Source: a virus
Taxonomy: Duplodnaviria; Caudoviricetes
Direction: 5' to 3' (one strand)
DNA length: 56,915 nucleotides
Virus record (IMG/VR): IMGVR_UViG_3300007735_000758
Span: 1 to 56,915 of that record
Below the pieces are notes generated by a model, which was not told where the DNA came from, did no database searches, and worked only from the letters and a program-made list of their open reading frames with translations. Below are positions 1 to 8,344 of the stretch, in pieces; the first letter of the stretch is position 1, and the number at the start of each line of letters is the position of its first letter. Made by a program: the position numbers and the translations under genes.

Positions 1-127
1 ACATCTCTGTTGATACGCTGCTCTGCAAGCTGAATGATAGAATCCAGATTCGCAAGGAACGTGGTTTCGTCCGATTGAACGTAGTCCTGGATCTGCTGCT
101 TGAGTTCAGCGTATGTCATGATGGTCT
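1..127. repeat. Terminal direct repeat copy 1 (127 bp; circular assembly overlap)
   Basis: 1-127 is identical to 56789-56915. The gene starting at 56907 and the 137..1807 gene are contiguous across the join. Confidence 0.97.
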
Positions 128-136
128 ACTTCTAGA

Positions 137-1807
137 TTAGTTCATCGGCCCAGTCGGGCGGATCTTCTTGGCGATCCCGTAGCCTTTGCACATCCCGCCG
201 CTAGCATACTTGGCAGCGCCGCCCTTAGCGAACTTCTGCCCCATGCTCTGCGGGGTAGGCTTACCCATCGCCATCTTCTTGTGCTGAGGCATCTCGCCAG
301 CAGCCTTGCCCATCTTGCCTTTCGACATACCCTTGGGCATATCACCACCCTTCGCGTACTTCGGGGTGAGCGTACTGTCCATCGTGTTCCCTTTCATGGA
401 ACCTCCTTTAAATTTGCGGATAGCGCCGCCGCTGGATAAAGATTGCGAACCTTCGTCTTGACTACCACTTTTCTTTTTAATCCCGAGTCCTTTCCCAATC
501 ATCGAGAAAAACCTCTTCAAGCCAGATTTGTTTTTAGGAACAGAACTAGCAGGAATATTAGCATCCTTTGCCAAGGAGTAAATAGCATCTTCAATACTAC
601 GATTTCCACCACGAGTAGGCATATTCATTACTTCAGAAGAGGGGCCAGCTTCAGGGAGATCCCCTATCCCGGTAATAAATTTTCCCGTGGAAGAAGAACC
701 AGTGGGAAGATCTGGTGCCTCTTCAAGATTACGCATCATCCCCATTGCTTCAATATCCGACAAGTACGAATTATCTTCGAGAGAAGAAGGGGAGTATTTC
801 CGTGGAGAAGTTTTTACAGATTTCCTGGGAGATGGAAAATTTTGTTCATATACAAGCCGACCAAGCATCCGCTTTGCTGCATCAGGATTTTTAGATACAA
901 CCTGATCGAAGATTTTACTTGGTATCAGAGTCGTAGGTTGGTCAAAAAATTGTTTTTTCTTCCCACCTTCTTTGTACTTAATGGTGTTCATAGAACCTCC
1001 TTTGAATTTGCGGATAGCGCCGCCTTCGCTTTTCTTCGGAGGTTCACCCCCGGAAGACTTCTTCTTCTTCATCATTCCAATCAAACCAGGAAGAGCGGCG
1101 ATGATAGGAGCAGCGATCTGCCCACCTTTCCCTCCAGCGCCAGCCATAGCGCCAAGAGCGATGAACTTGCCGTACTCGTCCATAAACTTCTTCATGCCAG
1201 ACTTGGTTTTAGGAATCTCTCCAGCCAGCTTGGAAAGATCGACAGATGGGGCCATCGGAACATTCGGCGCTGGAGCATTAGCCGTTAAAGCTGGAGGCAT
1301 CTCCAGATCTTTTGCCCTGTACTGATCCATCGCGTTTGTAACGCGAGGAGAATACTTCTTTGGCTGTGCGGCAGTCGGAACACCGGAAGTAACCTTATTA
1401 GGCTTCAGAGCCAGAGTACGATTTACTGAAGGTACTGAAGGAGTAGTGGCAGTAGAATTTATTTTACCAAGAGCATTTTGTTTGCTTAGATCTATAGACC
1501 TATCCCCTGATGACTTTAATTGAAGTTTATCTAGGTTTTCCAGATTTGTTTTTTGAGGAATATCTGGATCACCACCCATTAAACGCACAAGAGTTCTAAA
1601 AGGCGAATTGACAGTATGTTTAGGTATTTCAAACATCTCACCTATAAGAGCTTTAGCATAAGGTGAATTGGCAGTTAGGTCGGGCATTTCAAACATTTCA
1701 TCTTTTTGCCCTTCTGGAAATTTCATTGGAGTTTTCCCAAAAGAAATACCCGCCTGCGCCCTTACAACCTTATTTTCTTTCTTAAACTTCTTCATGAATA
1801 TCCTCAA
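137..1807 (-). CDS. Low-complexity virion/internal protein with repeated xxGG motifs
   Basis: 556-aa ORF in the virion operon. GGAIRKFKGGSM occurs twice, along with KYKEGG, KYAKGG, KFAKGG and KYASGG. Confidence 0.7.
   Translation of the reverse strand: MRIFMKKFKKENKVVRAQAGISFGKTPMKFPEGQKDEMFEMPDLTANSPYAKALIGEMFEIPKHTVNSPFRTLVRLMGGDPDIPQKTNLENLDKLQLKSSGDRSIDLSKQNALGKINSTATTPSVPSVNRTLALKPNKVTSGVPTAAQPKKYSPRVTNAMDQYRAKDLEMPPALTANAPAPNVPMAPSVDLSKLAGEIPKTKSGMKKFMDEYGKFIALGAMAGAGGKGGQIAAPIIAALPGLIGMMKKKKSSGGEPPKKSEGGAIRKFKGGSMNTIKYKEGGKKKQFFDQPTTLIPSKIFDQVVSKNPDAAKRMLGRLVYEQNFPSPRKSVKTSPRKYSPSSLEDNSYLSDIEAMGMMRNLEEAPDLPTGSSSTGKFITGIGDLPEAGPSSEVMNMPTRGGNRSIEDAIYSLAKDANIPASSVPKNKSGLKRFFSMIGKGLGIKKKSGSQDEGSQSLSSGGAIRKFKGGSMKGNTMDSTLTPKYAKGGDMPKGMSKGKMGKAAGEMPQHKKMAMGKPTPQSMGQKFAKGGAAKYASGGMCKGYGIAKKIRPTGPMN
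399..1024. repeat. 32-bp internal direct repeat (399-430 and 993-1024)
   Basis: gaacctcctttRaatttgcggatagcgccgcc twice with one mismatch; encodes GGAIRKFKGGS. Confidence 0.9.
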
Positions 1808-2112
1808 CTGATAGAAACTTTAACACTACCTAAATTGACATAGATCTTGTTAGGTAACACTGGATTCCAACCGAAGTACGCTCTGGTAGGAGGGTTCTGT
1901 TGAGACGCAGTCCTGGGGTTGTTAAGAGCAATCGCTTCGCCTCTAACGTACTTGCCGATCTGAAGCTGAGGATTGTCTATGTCAAAACACTCTTCGCAAA
2001 CAAGAAGTCCATTCCATCTCTCGTTGTATATGTACTTCTTTAGAGCAGTGTACTTGATCTGCCTAGCGCAGATGTCGCACATTGCAATTGCGTGTTTACC
2101 GGAAGCAAACAT
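1804..2112 (-). CDS. Small CxxC...CxxC protein of the head-tail module
   Basis: CDIC and CEEC motifs; overlapping start/stop junctions with both neighbours. Confidence 0.75.
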   Translation of the reverse strand: MFASGKHAIAMCDICARQIKYTALKKYIYNERWNGLLVCEECFDIDNPQLQIGKYVRGEAIALNNPRTASQQNPPTRAYFGWNPVLPNKIYVNLGSVKVSIS

Positions 2113-2804
2113 TACCAGCCGTATCCTCCCGGCACCAGCATAACCGCAGACCGTTGACGGTCTTCGTCAGCCGCACGTTGGAACTCTTCCTCGTACAGCG
2201 CCTTCAATTCAGGCATACGAGCAAATGCTTCCGGCCTCTTAGAAGCAAGGTGATAAGCAAGACCAGAGATCATCGCAGGGACAAACCGAAACGGCACGTC
2301 CATGTTGTTGTTAGCATTGCTCCCAACATCCTGCTGACGCCGCAACCTGTAGTAAACAAACTGACGAGAGATCGTATTGTCTGGCACCTGCCAGAACGTA
2401 ATCTCAGGAGTCGTTGTATCCCTGGCAACGTAGTACTGAATCGGAGTACCCTGCACCAGCTTGTTAGGCAACGTATTGTAGGTAACGAAAGAGATCCGGG
2501 TAATCGCAATATCAGTCTGATTGTTCTGCTGACCTGCATACGTCCGAATCACTCCTTCTAGAATGTCGATCGTATCGTCAGGAAGATTGTACGTTGCGGT
2601 GCCAGGAGTCAGCGACAGCGTTCCTGCCTCTACGCACCACAGATTCAACCCTCGATTCGCCCACTCCATCGAGAGAAGGTTAAGACTCCTACGGGCCGTC
2701 CTAATCTCGTAGCCACCCTTAACCTCTACACCAATTCGTTCGTAGGCTTCCTCGATAATGTCGAGGATGTTGATGTTCCAATTTGCCGTACCAGATGTAG
2801 CCAT
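2112..2804 (-). CDS. Putative head-tail adaptor/tail tubular-type protein
   Basis: 230-aa ORF (ARRSLNLLSMEWANRG; P..F.PAM.SGLAY.LA) of a type usually found after capsid genes in this phage architecture. Confidence 0.65.
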   Translation of the reverse strand: MATSGTANWNINILDIIEEAYERIGVEVKGGYEIRTARRSLNLLSMEWANRGLNLWCVEAGTLSLTPGTATYNLPDDTIDILEGVIRTYAGQQNNQTDIAITRISFVTYNTLPNKLVQGTPIQYYVARDTTTPEITFWQVPDNTISRQFVYYRLRRQQDVGSNANNNMDVPFRFVPAMISGLAYHLASKRPEAFARMPELKALYEEEFQRAADEDRQRSAVMLVPGGYGW

Positions 2805-3199
2805 TACCGGAACCTCTTAGCGATCTTCTTGGCGCTCTCAGGCTGACTAGAGAACTGCTTACCCTGAGAGCTTGCTTCCTTCTTCGCCTTCGTAGAGGCA
2901 GCGTAGACGCCAGCAGGCATAGCCTGAATCGCCTTCTTGGGAAGGTAACGCTCTCCAGTAGCCTTAGGGCCTTGCGTAGAAGGCTTACCGCTCTTGGTAG
3001 TCCACTCTTCCTTTGTCCATTTAGAAAGGCTCTTCTGGCTGCTAGACTTCGATCCAGAGTACCCTCCACCAGCAGCCTCATACTTCTGAGCGACTAGCTG
3101 CGCTTTACGCGCAGACCACTGTCCAGGCTTGCCACCCTTACCGGATGACATTACCTGCGACTTGATACGCTCTCGAAGCTGAGGCTTAGTGTAGGACAT
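2804..3199 (-). CDS. Basic protein, DUF5872-like
   Basis: YTKPQLRERIK...GGKPGQWSARKAQLVAQKYEAAGGGY...RYLPKKA pattern. Confidence 0.7.
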   Translation of the reverse strand: MSYTKPQLRERIKSQVMSSGKGGKPGQWSARKAQLVAQKYEAAGGGYSGSKSSSQKSLSKWTKEEWTTKSGKPSTQGPKATGERYLPKKAIQAMPAGVYAASTKAKKEASSQGKQFSSQPESAKKIAKRFR

Positions 3200-3405
3200 T
3201 AGAATCCTTTCTTCATTTTAGGCGTACCCATCTTGGGCATACCCATCTTACGCATACCCATCTTTGGCGTGTTCATACTCGATACCTTTCGAGAAACAAC
3301 TGCCTTAGGATACATCCCAGGAGTCTGCGCCTTTACAGCCTTGCCAGTTTTCTTCGACATCGAAGGAGTGCTGACCTGCTTAGACATAGAGAATCGTCCC
3401 ATCAT
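3199..3405 (-). CDS. Small Lys/Met-rich basic protein
   Basis: 68 aa with PKMG repeats; coupled to neighbours. Confidence 0.65.
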   Translation of the reverse strand: MMGRFSMSKQVSTPSMSKKTGKAVKAQTPGMYPKAVVSRKVSSMNTPKMGMRKMGMPKMGTPKMKKGF

Positions 3406-3569
3406 TTCTTTTTCATGCTCCTAGCTTCAGACAAGGCAATTGCAATGCCTTGCTTGGGATTGGTTACCTTTTGGCCTGACGAGGACTTCAGCTTGCCAGC
3501 TTTGAACTCGTGCATGACCTTACCAACCTTGCCCTGCTGCTGCATCGACATCTTCGTCTGGCCTTTCAT
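3402..3569 (-). CDS. Small basic protein, DUF6496-like
   Basis: KVGKVMHEFKAGKLKSSSGQKVTNPKQGIAIALSEAR; start moved to the ATG at 3569. Confidence 0.75.
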   Translation of the reverse strand: MKGQTKMSMQQQGKVGKVMHEFKAGKLKSSSGQKVTNPKQGIAIALSEARSMKKK

Positions 3570-3570
3570 A

Positions 3571-3840
3571 TCAACCCCAGAAGACAGTAATACGGTCAAG
3601 AGCCGTAGCGGAAAGATAGATGTCGGTAGAAAAACGAACGCCCTGCCCATTCAATGGCACAGGGAAGTTGGCGTTAGCACCGTATCCAATCTCAATTTTA
3701 GTAGTGCCACCAGACCCACCGTCTTTCATGGTAAGAACGCCAGCCTGCTGAGAGTGGATTATAATGCAGCATACGCGCCCAGGGCCTTGAAAGACATAGC
3801 CGTTTGCTGTCATGCACTTCGACTGAAGATCACTAGTCAT
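3571..3840 (-). CDS. Small beta-rich virion-module protein
   Basis: 89-aa ORF tightly packed in the operon. Confidence 0.7.
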   Translation of the reverse strand: MTSDLQSKCMTANGYVFQGPGRVCCIIIHSQQAGVLTMKDGGSGGTTKIEIGYGANANFPVPLNGQGVRFSTDIYLSATALDRITVFWG

Positions 3841-4171
3841 ATCGCTTCACCTTTTGACTGGCAGGAGGAGCTTTCTTGCTTCCGCTAGGGCCAGCCCACA
3901 ATACCTTTCTCGACCAATAGTTAGCCGACAGCTTGGAGTCCTTGCCTTTGATCCCGGCGCTACGAGCCATATAACTCTTACGCGCCGCAGCAGAATAGTT
4001 GTGTCCCATCTTGGCATCACCAAAGTGGACCAGCTTTACCTGATCTCCTTCTTTTGCCAGGACCATCTTCTTCTTTTCAGGCTTCGAGGATTTAATCGGC
4101 TTGTTGAAACCGGGGAACGTGTGTCCCCGGTATTCAATGCCACCGCTAGGCGTTCGCTTGAAGCTGGGCAT
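3833..4171 (-). CDS. Basic conserved phage protein (VHFGD...SANYWSRKVLW type)
   Basis: 112 aa, Lys-rich, in the operon. Confidence 0.7.
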   Translation of the reverse strand: MPSFKRTPSGGIEYRGHTFPGFNKPIKSSKPEKKKMVLAKEGDQVKLVHFGDAKMGHNYSAAARKSYMARSAGIKGKDSKLSANYWSRKVLWAGPSGSKKAPPASQKVKRYD

Positions 4172-4180
4172 GAGACATCC

Positions 4181-4675
4181 TTAGAACGTCACACTACCCA
4201 TGCTGTAGATCGTCACAGCAGCGGTGCTTACATCGGTAAAGTTTACGAGGAAGTCCTTCTGCGCGTTCTGAGCAATCGTCATCGTACCGCTCAGGGTGAG
4301 GCCCGTGTTTGTCGTCATCGTAATCGTCTCAGCAGCGTCAGCCGTGTTGCGGATTGTGACGATAAACGAGGTGCCAACGACAGCGCCAGGAACAGCGGCA
4401 AGGAGGTCGGCGGCAGTCGGGAAGACATCGCTACGACCAGCGCCGTTCGGGTCGCGGAGGATAAACCCAGTCTTAAGTTGCGCCGGGGTGTAGGTCACAA
4501 CGCCAGCCGTGGTCACCGTGGCTGGGTTCGCCTCAAAGAACGGGACACTGGAGGTGTTCAATACAACACCAGTACCCTGGGCGCTAAGAGTCAGCGATAC
4601 ATTCGAGGAATCATTGCTATAGCCCTGGAAACCATTCTGGCTTCGTACGGGTCCAGTAAACGAAGTGTTAGCCAT
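4181..4675 (-). CDS. Putative capsid decoration/structural protein
   Basis: 164 aa, Thr/Ala-rich, N-terminus MANTSFTGPVRSQNGF, directly downstream of the major capsid gene; SD AAGGAG. Confidence 0.7.
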   Translation of the reverse strand: MANTSFTGPVRSQNGFQGYSNDSSNVSLTLSAQGTGVVLNTSSVPFFEANPATVTTAGVVTYTPAQLKTGFILRDPNGAGRSDVFPTAADLLAAVPGAVVGTSFIVTIRNTADAAETITMTTNTGLTLSGTMTIAQNAQKDFLVNFTDVSTAAVTIYSMGSVTF

Positions 4676-4682
4676 TATAATT

Positions 4683-4755
4683 CTCCTTCAAGGAAGTTTT
4701 CCCTATCCGTCTCTTGAACGTCTGCATAGCCAGTCTGATAGGGTAGTTTGCTATG
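4683..4755 (-). ncRNA. Candidate cis-regulatory RNA: three interlocked helices (double pseudoknot) with three AGAC linkers
   Basis: Minus-strand pairings CAUAGC/GCUAUG, CCCUAUC/GAUAGGG and UUCAAG/CUUGAA. The last strand abuts the SD of 4181..4675. Confidence 0.6.
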
Positions 4756-4756
4756 A

Positions 4757-4787
4757 GTAAGGGGGGAGATTGCTCTCCCCCTATTTT
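4757..4787 (-). terminator. Hairpin after the major capsid gene (terminator/attenuator)
   Basis: GGGGGAGA-GCAA-TCTCCCCC stem with a GNRA loop; only a short U tract on the minus strand. Confidence 0.55.
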
Positions 4788-4799
4788 GTTTACAGAGTA

Positions 4800-5711
4800 C
4801 TAGGAAGCACCGGGGCTACCATACATACCCAGCGGATCAGACCAACCGAAGCTGTAACGCTCGCGTCCCTTGTACCGCATATTGCCCGTCTCGAAGTCAC
4901 CTTCAGCCGAGGTCTTGAGGTTGACGCGCTCAAACATCTTCAGGCCATTCGGCACGTCCGTCTTCAGGAACCAAGCATTGGTGTCCGTCAGATAGTGGTT
5001 GACCGCATAGCCTTCCGGCACCGAGGACAGGTTGTAGATCGCGTTGATGTCGTTGTCGGCAGTGTTGGTCCGAAGAACCGACTTCAACAGGCGCTCCGCA
5101 ACGAACATCAGAGCAGGCGGGACAACCAGCTTGCGCGGCTTGGCAGCAATCAGCAAACCACGCTCGTCCGTCCACCCAGCGATCTGGATGATCGCAGCCT
5201 CAAGCGAAGTCTCGTTGAGGTCAGCGCCAGTCGTAGGACGGTTGGAGTTTGAGCCACCCGTGATGAGCGGGTGATCGGTAGCAAACAGCCGCTTGCCGTC
5301 ACCACCAGTGTAGGAAGCGTTGAACCCGTTGTTCAGGACATTCGCACCCTTAACCTGCTTGGTGTTCGCAAACGCACGAGCCAGAGCCTTCGTATACCGC
5401 TGGGCAACGGCGACATACAGGTTGTCTTCCATCGCCTCTTCGGTAACCGCAAAGCCGAGAGCAATCGTTTCGTGGGTATAGCGCGAGGTGTAGGCTTCCT
5501 GCGCGTTGTCGTAGGCAATCGAACCACCTTCCGACTTAACCGGAGCAGTGCCGAAACCCGACAGCTTCACTTCTTCTTCAAACGCACGTTCCGAAGAGGT
5601 GATCTCGAAGATCTCTTTATGCTCTTCACCGTACCGAGCGTATTCCAAACCGAACAAGGCGTTCAGGCCGGGAACCAACTCTTTCAACATCTGTGAACGA
5701 GTAATAGCCAT
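4800..5711 (-). CDS. Major capsid protein
   Basis: 303 aa (MAITRSQMLKELVPGLNALFGLEY...RERYSFGWSDPLG); downstream of portal/scaffold, strong SD AAGGAG, followed by a hairpin. Confidence 0.88.
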   Translation of the reverse strand: MAITRSQMLKELVPGLNALFGLEYARYGEEHKEIFEITSSERAFEEEVKLSGFGTAPVKSEGGSIAYDNAQEAYTSRYTHETIALGFAVTEEAMEDNLYVAVAQRYTKALARAFANTKQVKGANVLNNGFNASYTGGDGKRLFATDHPLITGGSNSNRPTTGADLNETSLEAAIIQIAGWTDERGLLIAAKPRKLVVPPALMFVAERLLKSVLRTNTADNDINAIYNLSSVPEGYAVNHYLTDTNAWFLKTDVPNGLKMFERVNLKTSAEGDFETGNMRYKGRERYSFGWSDPLGMYGSPGAS

Positions 5712-5740
5712 GATTGATTCTCCTTTCCTTGTCCCTTAGA

Positions 5741-6337
5741 TTACGCGCCCGTAGCGTTCTGGTAGGCGTGGACGCCCTGGTTCCAGATGCAAAGGCAATC
5801 GGTATAAGCATCCCCCGGCTGAGAGTAGACCGAGTCTACAAAGCCGATGATCTTAACAGCCAGTGTGTTCGTGGTAGCAATCGAAGCGGCAAGCAAAGAA
5901 GCCGTCGAGTTGCCGCTAACCGTCGAACCAGAAGTGACCGCAGTCAAAGGAGCATTCTTGCCAAGATCCGTGGTGGCAACGGTGCCGTTGCCCTGAACCC
6001 TGAAGACAACCCGAGGATCGTCAACAACGTACACATAGATCTTGGTGAGGCCAGCCGTGGTAGCAGAAGCCGGAAGGTACTGCGCCCAGGTGGGACGGCC
6101 CGTAGCATCAACATACTCGCAGCCGACAAAGATGCCAACCGGAGTATTTCCGTTACGAGTGGTGGTAGGGGTAGCGCCACACACAGTGATGACGCCAGAG
6201 TTCAAACTGACCGGGGACCCAAAGTAGATGGCATTGGTGTTATCAGCACCAATCGGAAATTTCCGAGCAGCGCCACGGAGAGCAGCGCCAGCCAACTCAA
6301 AGGGAACGAGGCCGTAGGGAGTAGCGGTAGAAGCCAT
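5741..6337 (-). CDS. Putative minor capsid/decoration protein
   Basis: 198 aa (GIFVGCEY, VVDDP); lies between scaffold and major capsid genes. Confidence 0.7.
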   Translation of the reverse strand: MASTATPYGLVPFELAGAALRGAARKFPIGADNTNAIYFGSPVSLNSGVITVCGATPTTTRNGNTPVGIFVGCEYVDATGRPTWAQYLPASATTAGLTKIYVYVVDDPRVVFRVQGNGTVATTDLGKNAPLTAVTSGSTVSGNSTASLLAASIATTNTLAVKIIGFVDSVYSQPGDAYTDCLCIWNQGVHAYQNATGA

Positions 6338-6346
6338 TGTTATCCT

Positions 6347-6787
6347 CTAATTTCCTGTTCCGAAGGTAACAGTTGTTTTGGATTCTCTGAAGAGAGGCAT
6401 CCGGCTGTCCTGTTCCTTCATTAGGTTGTTGTTTACCGCATCGGCTTGTTTGGCTGTCATCTGCTCGTAGTAACGATTGCGCTGTTCAACCATATGCCGT
6501 GCCGTTTTACATAGAATGAGGCCACCGATCTCGATAGTGCCATTCTTCGACTCGTTCAAGATAATGTCAGCCATAATCTCAGGGTGATCTTCGGCCCGTG
6601 CTACAGTCCAACCTTCGCGAAGGCGCATGGACACATTAGAGGGATCGGCTTCACCACGAATCGACTTCCGTACCCACCGAAAAGCCCAATCAGGGCTGGG
6701 GGCAGGATCGGGCAACAACGAGGGCGGCTTCCAAGATTCAATGCGCGATTCTGCTTCGCGGGTTTCCATTTCACGATTCGGCTTCAT
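6347..6787 (-). CDS. Conserved head-module protein
   Basis: 146 aa (WKPPSLLP...FRWVR...GGLILCK). Confidence 0.75.
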   Translation of the reverse strand: MKPNREMETREAESRIESWKPPSLLPDPAPSPDWAFRWVRKSIRGEADPSNVSMRLREGWTVARAEDHPEIMADIILNESKNGTIEIGGLILCKTARHMVEQRNRYYEQMTAKQADAVNNNLMKEQDSRMPLFRESKTTVTFGTGN

Positions 6788-7773
6788 TACGGCATCTCCT
6801 TTTGCTGTTTCAGTAGTTCTTTCGCGTACTGCTGAGGAGTGATCCCCAGGCGTTTGGCTACAGCTAAAGCCGACTCTGTAAGCTGGACTTTAGTGCGGGT
6901 CTGTCCATTAGGCGTTCTAGACGAACTAATGACTACTCCGTTTTTGGATTTGTTTTGTGTTGGTGCTGGTGCTTGGCTTGTAGCTTGCGTACCAGAGATG
7001 TTTTGGTGAAATTGATACACGGCTTTGTCGATAGCTTCGTAGTACTGGTCGCTCTCAGGATCTACTCCAGCGTTCACCAACTTAGAGTGAACGTCAATGG
7101 CGTACCCAGTAAGAGCCATATCGCTGCCGAACCAAGGATTTGCCTCTTTCCAGAGGACAGCTTTAGCGGATACCCGAGGTTGTGCAGGTTGAGCCGCAAC
7201 AGGCTGTGTGTCCTGTGGTTGTAGATAGCTTACACTTGACGTAGATGGTGGTGTATAGGACTCCAGCACTCGCTTTTCATTAGCAAGTACCGCGATGGCT
7301 TCCTGTGCTGCTGCCATCTTGTCCGTATCACCAGCCTCGTAGGCTTCTTTAAGAAGCCGTTTAGCGGCGTCCAGGTCTGAACCCTTCTGCTTGGCAGAAA
7401 CTTGAATCAACGCCCGTTGGTTTTCCTCAGAGTTCCTGCGATACTGCTCGATCTGCTGCTGAAGAGAAGAAGCATACGTCAATGCCTCTTGCGCTTCCCG
7501 TGCGGCGCGTTCTTTCTGTCGGCGCTCTTCGTGGAACTCGTACTTTAGACGCTTGATGCGTTTTTGTACGCTTTCCGAATAGTTCTTAAGTTCTTCGTCG
7601 TCGCTAGCAGCCGCTTGCGGTTCGCTTGTTTCGTTGCGAGGAGGACGACGATCCTCAGGAGGGGTGTCATCGACTACCTCAATCTCTAGATCTTCCTCTA
7701 CCGCGACAGGCTCACGCTCTTCTGCTTCTTGCCCAGGGACAACGAGATCAGATTCGATGCGTTCTTCTAGCAT
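6787..7773 (-). CDS. Scaffolding protein
   Basis: Acidic N-terminus, long coiled coil, NPWFG, C-terminal AKRLGITPQQYAK; lies between portal and capsid genes. Confidence 0.75.
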   Translation of the reverse strand: MLEERIESDLVVPGQEAEEREPVAVEEDLEIEVVDDTPPEDRRPPRNETSEPQAAASDDEELKNYSESVQKRIKRLKYEFHEERRQKERAAREAQEALTYASSLQQQIEQYRRNSEENQRALIQVSAKQKGSDLDAAKRLLKEAYEAGDTDKMAAAQEAIAVLANEKRVLESYTPPSTSSVSYLQPQDTQPVAAQPAQPRVSAKAVLWKEANPWFGSDMALTGYAIDVHSKLVNAGVDPESDQYYEAIDKAVYQFHQNISGTQATSQAPAPTQNKSKNGVVISSSRTPNGQTRTKVQLTESALAVAKRLGITPQQYAKELLKQQKEMP

Positions 7774-8108
7774 TAGACCCTCTCTACCTTGTCAGGATCA
7801 GGAACAACAGCCTCAGGCGTGTCGTCGTTGATGAGACGGTACTCTTCTCCATCAATTTTAATGCGAGTACCGGAATAACTGCGAAGAATGATGTGATCGC
7901 CCACGGAACACCAAGCCCCGTTAGGATATTTGATCGGATCTTTGTAAGCATCCGTCCCAAGCGCCAATACTTCAGCGATTAGAGACGCAGTGTTCTCGTC
8001 TTGCTTGGCTTGATCGGGGATATAGAGGCCAGACTTCGTCTTTTCCTCTACAACCTTTCGCATTTTCACCAAGATTTTGTAGCCAACTGGAGTTGGTAGT
8101 GTATTCAT
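7773..8108 (-). CDS. groES: GroES/Cpn10-like co-chaperonin
   Basis: PVGYKILV...EEKTKSGLYIPD...VLALG...VGDHI...YSGTRIKIDGEEYRLINDD. Confidence 0.9.
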   Translation of the reverse strand: MNTLPTPVGYKILVKMRKVVEEKTKSGLYIPDQAKQDENTASLIAEVLALGTDAYKDPIKYPNGAWCSVGDHIILRSYSGTRIKIDGEEYRLINDDTPEAVVPDPDKVERV

Positions 8109-8149
8109 TGTTGTTTTTTGTCTATTCCTTGCGCTAAACAGCGTTTGCG

Positions 8150-8344
8150 TCAGTCTCCATCATCTTCTTGCACCATTTGTTTCCATGTTTCTAGAAACTC
8201 TTGGCGCATTTGCTGGAGTCCAGCGAGTTTGCCAACCATCATCTTGTACTCTGCGTAGTCAGCGCAGGAGCCAGAGACGAGATGGGTGGTAATCGTCTCT
8301 GAAAGTTCGTCTACTCGATGGAAAAACTTAGACTTCAGGTCCAA
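8150..8344 (-). CDS. Small protein between portal and GroES
   Basis: TTG start at 8344 with GGGAGGG SD; DYAEYKMMVGKLAGL. Confidence 0.6.
   Translation of the reverse strand: MDLKSKFFHRVDELSETITTHLVSGSCADYAEYKMMVGKLAGLQQMRQEFLETWKQMVQEDDGD

Noticed and set aside
1-127. Biological terminal repeat
   Set aside because: It falls inside a structural gene and its length matches a common assembly k-mer; more likely an assembly overlap.
443-6424. Long plus-strand ORFs opposite virion genes (e.g. 443..1288, 3854..4717, 5714..6424)
   Set aside because: Antisense shadows of well-supported genes, with no motifs or RBS.
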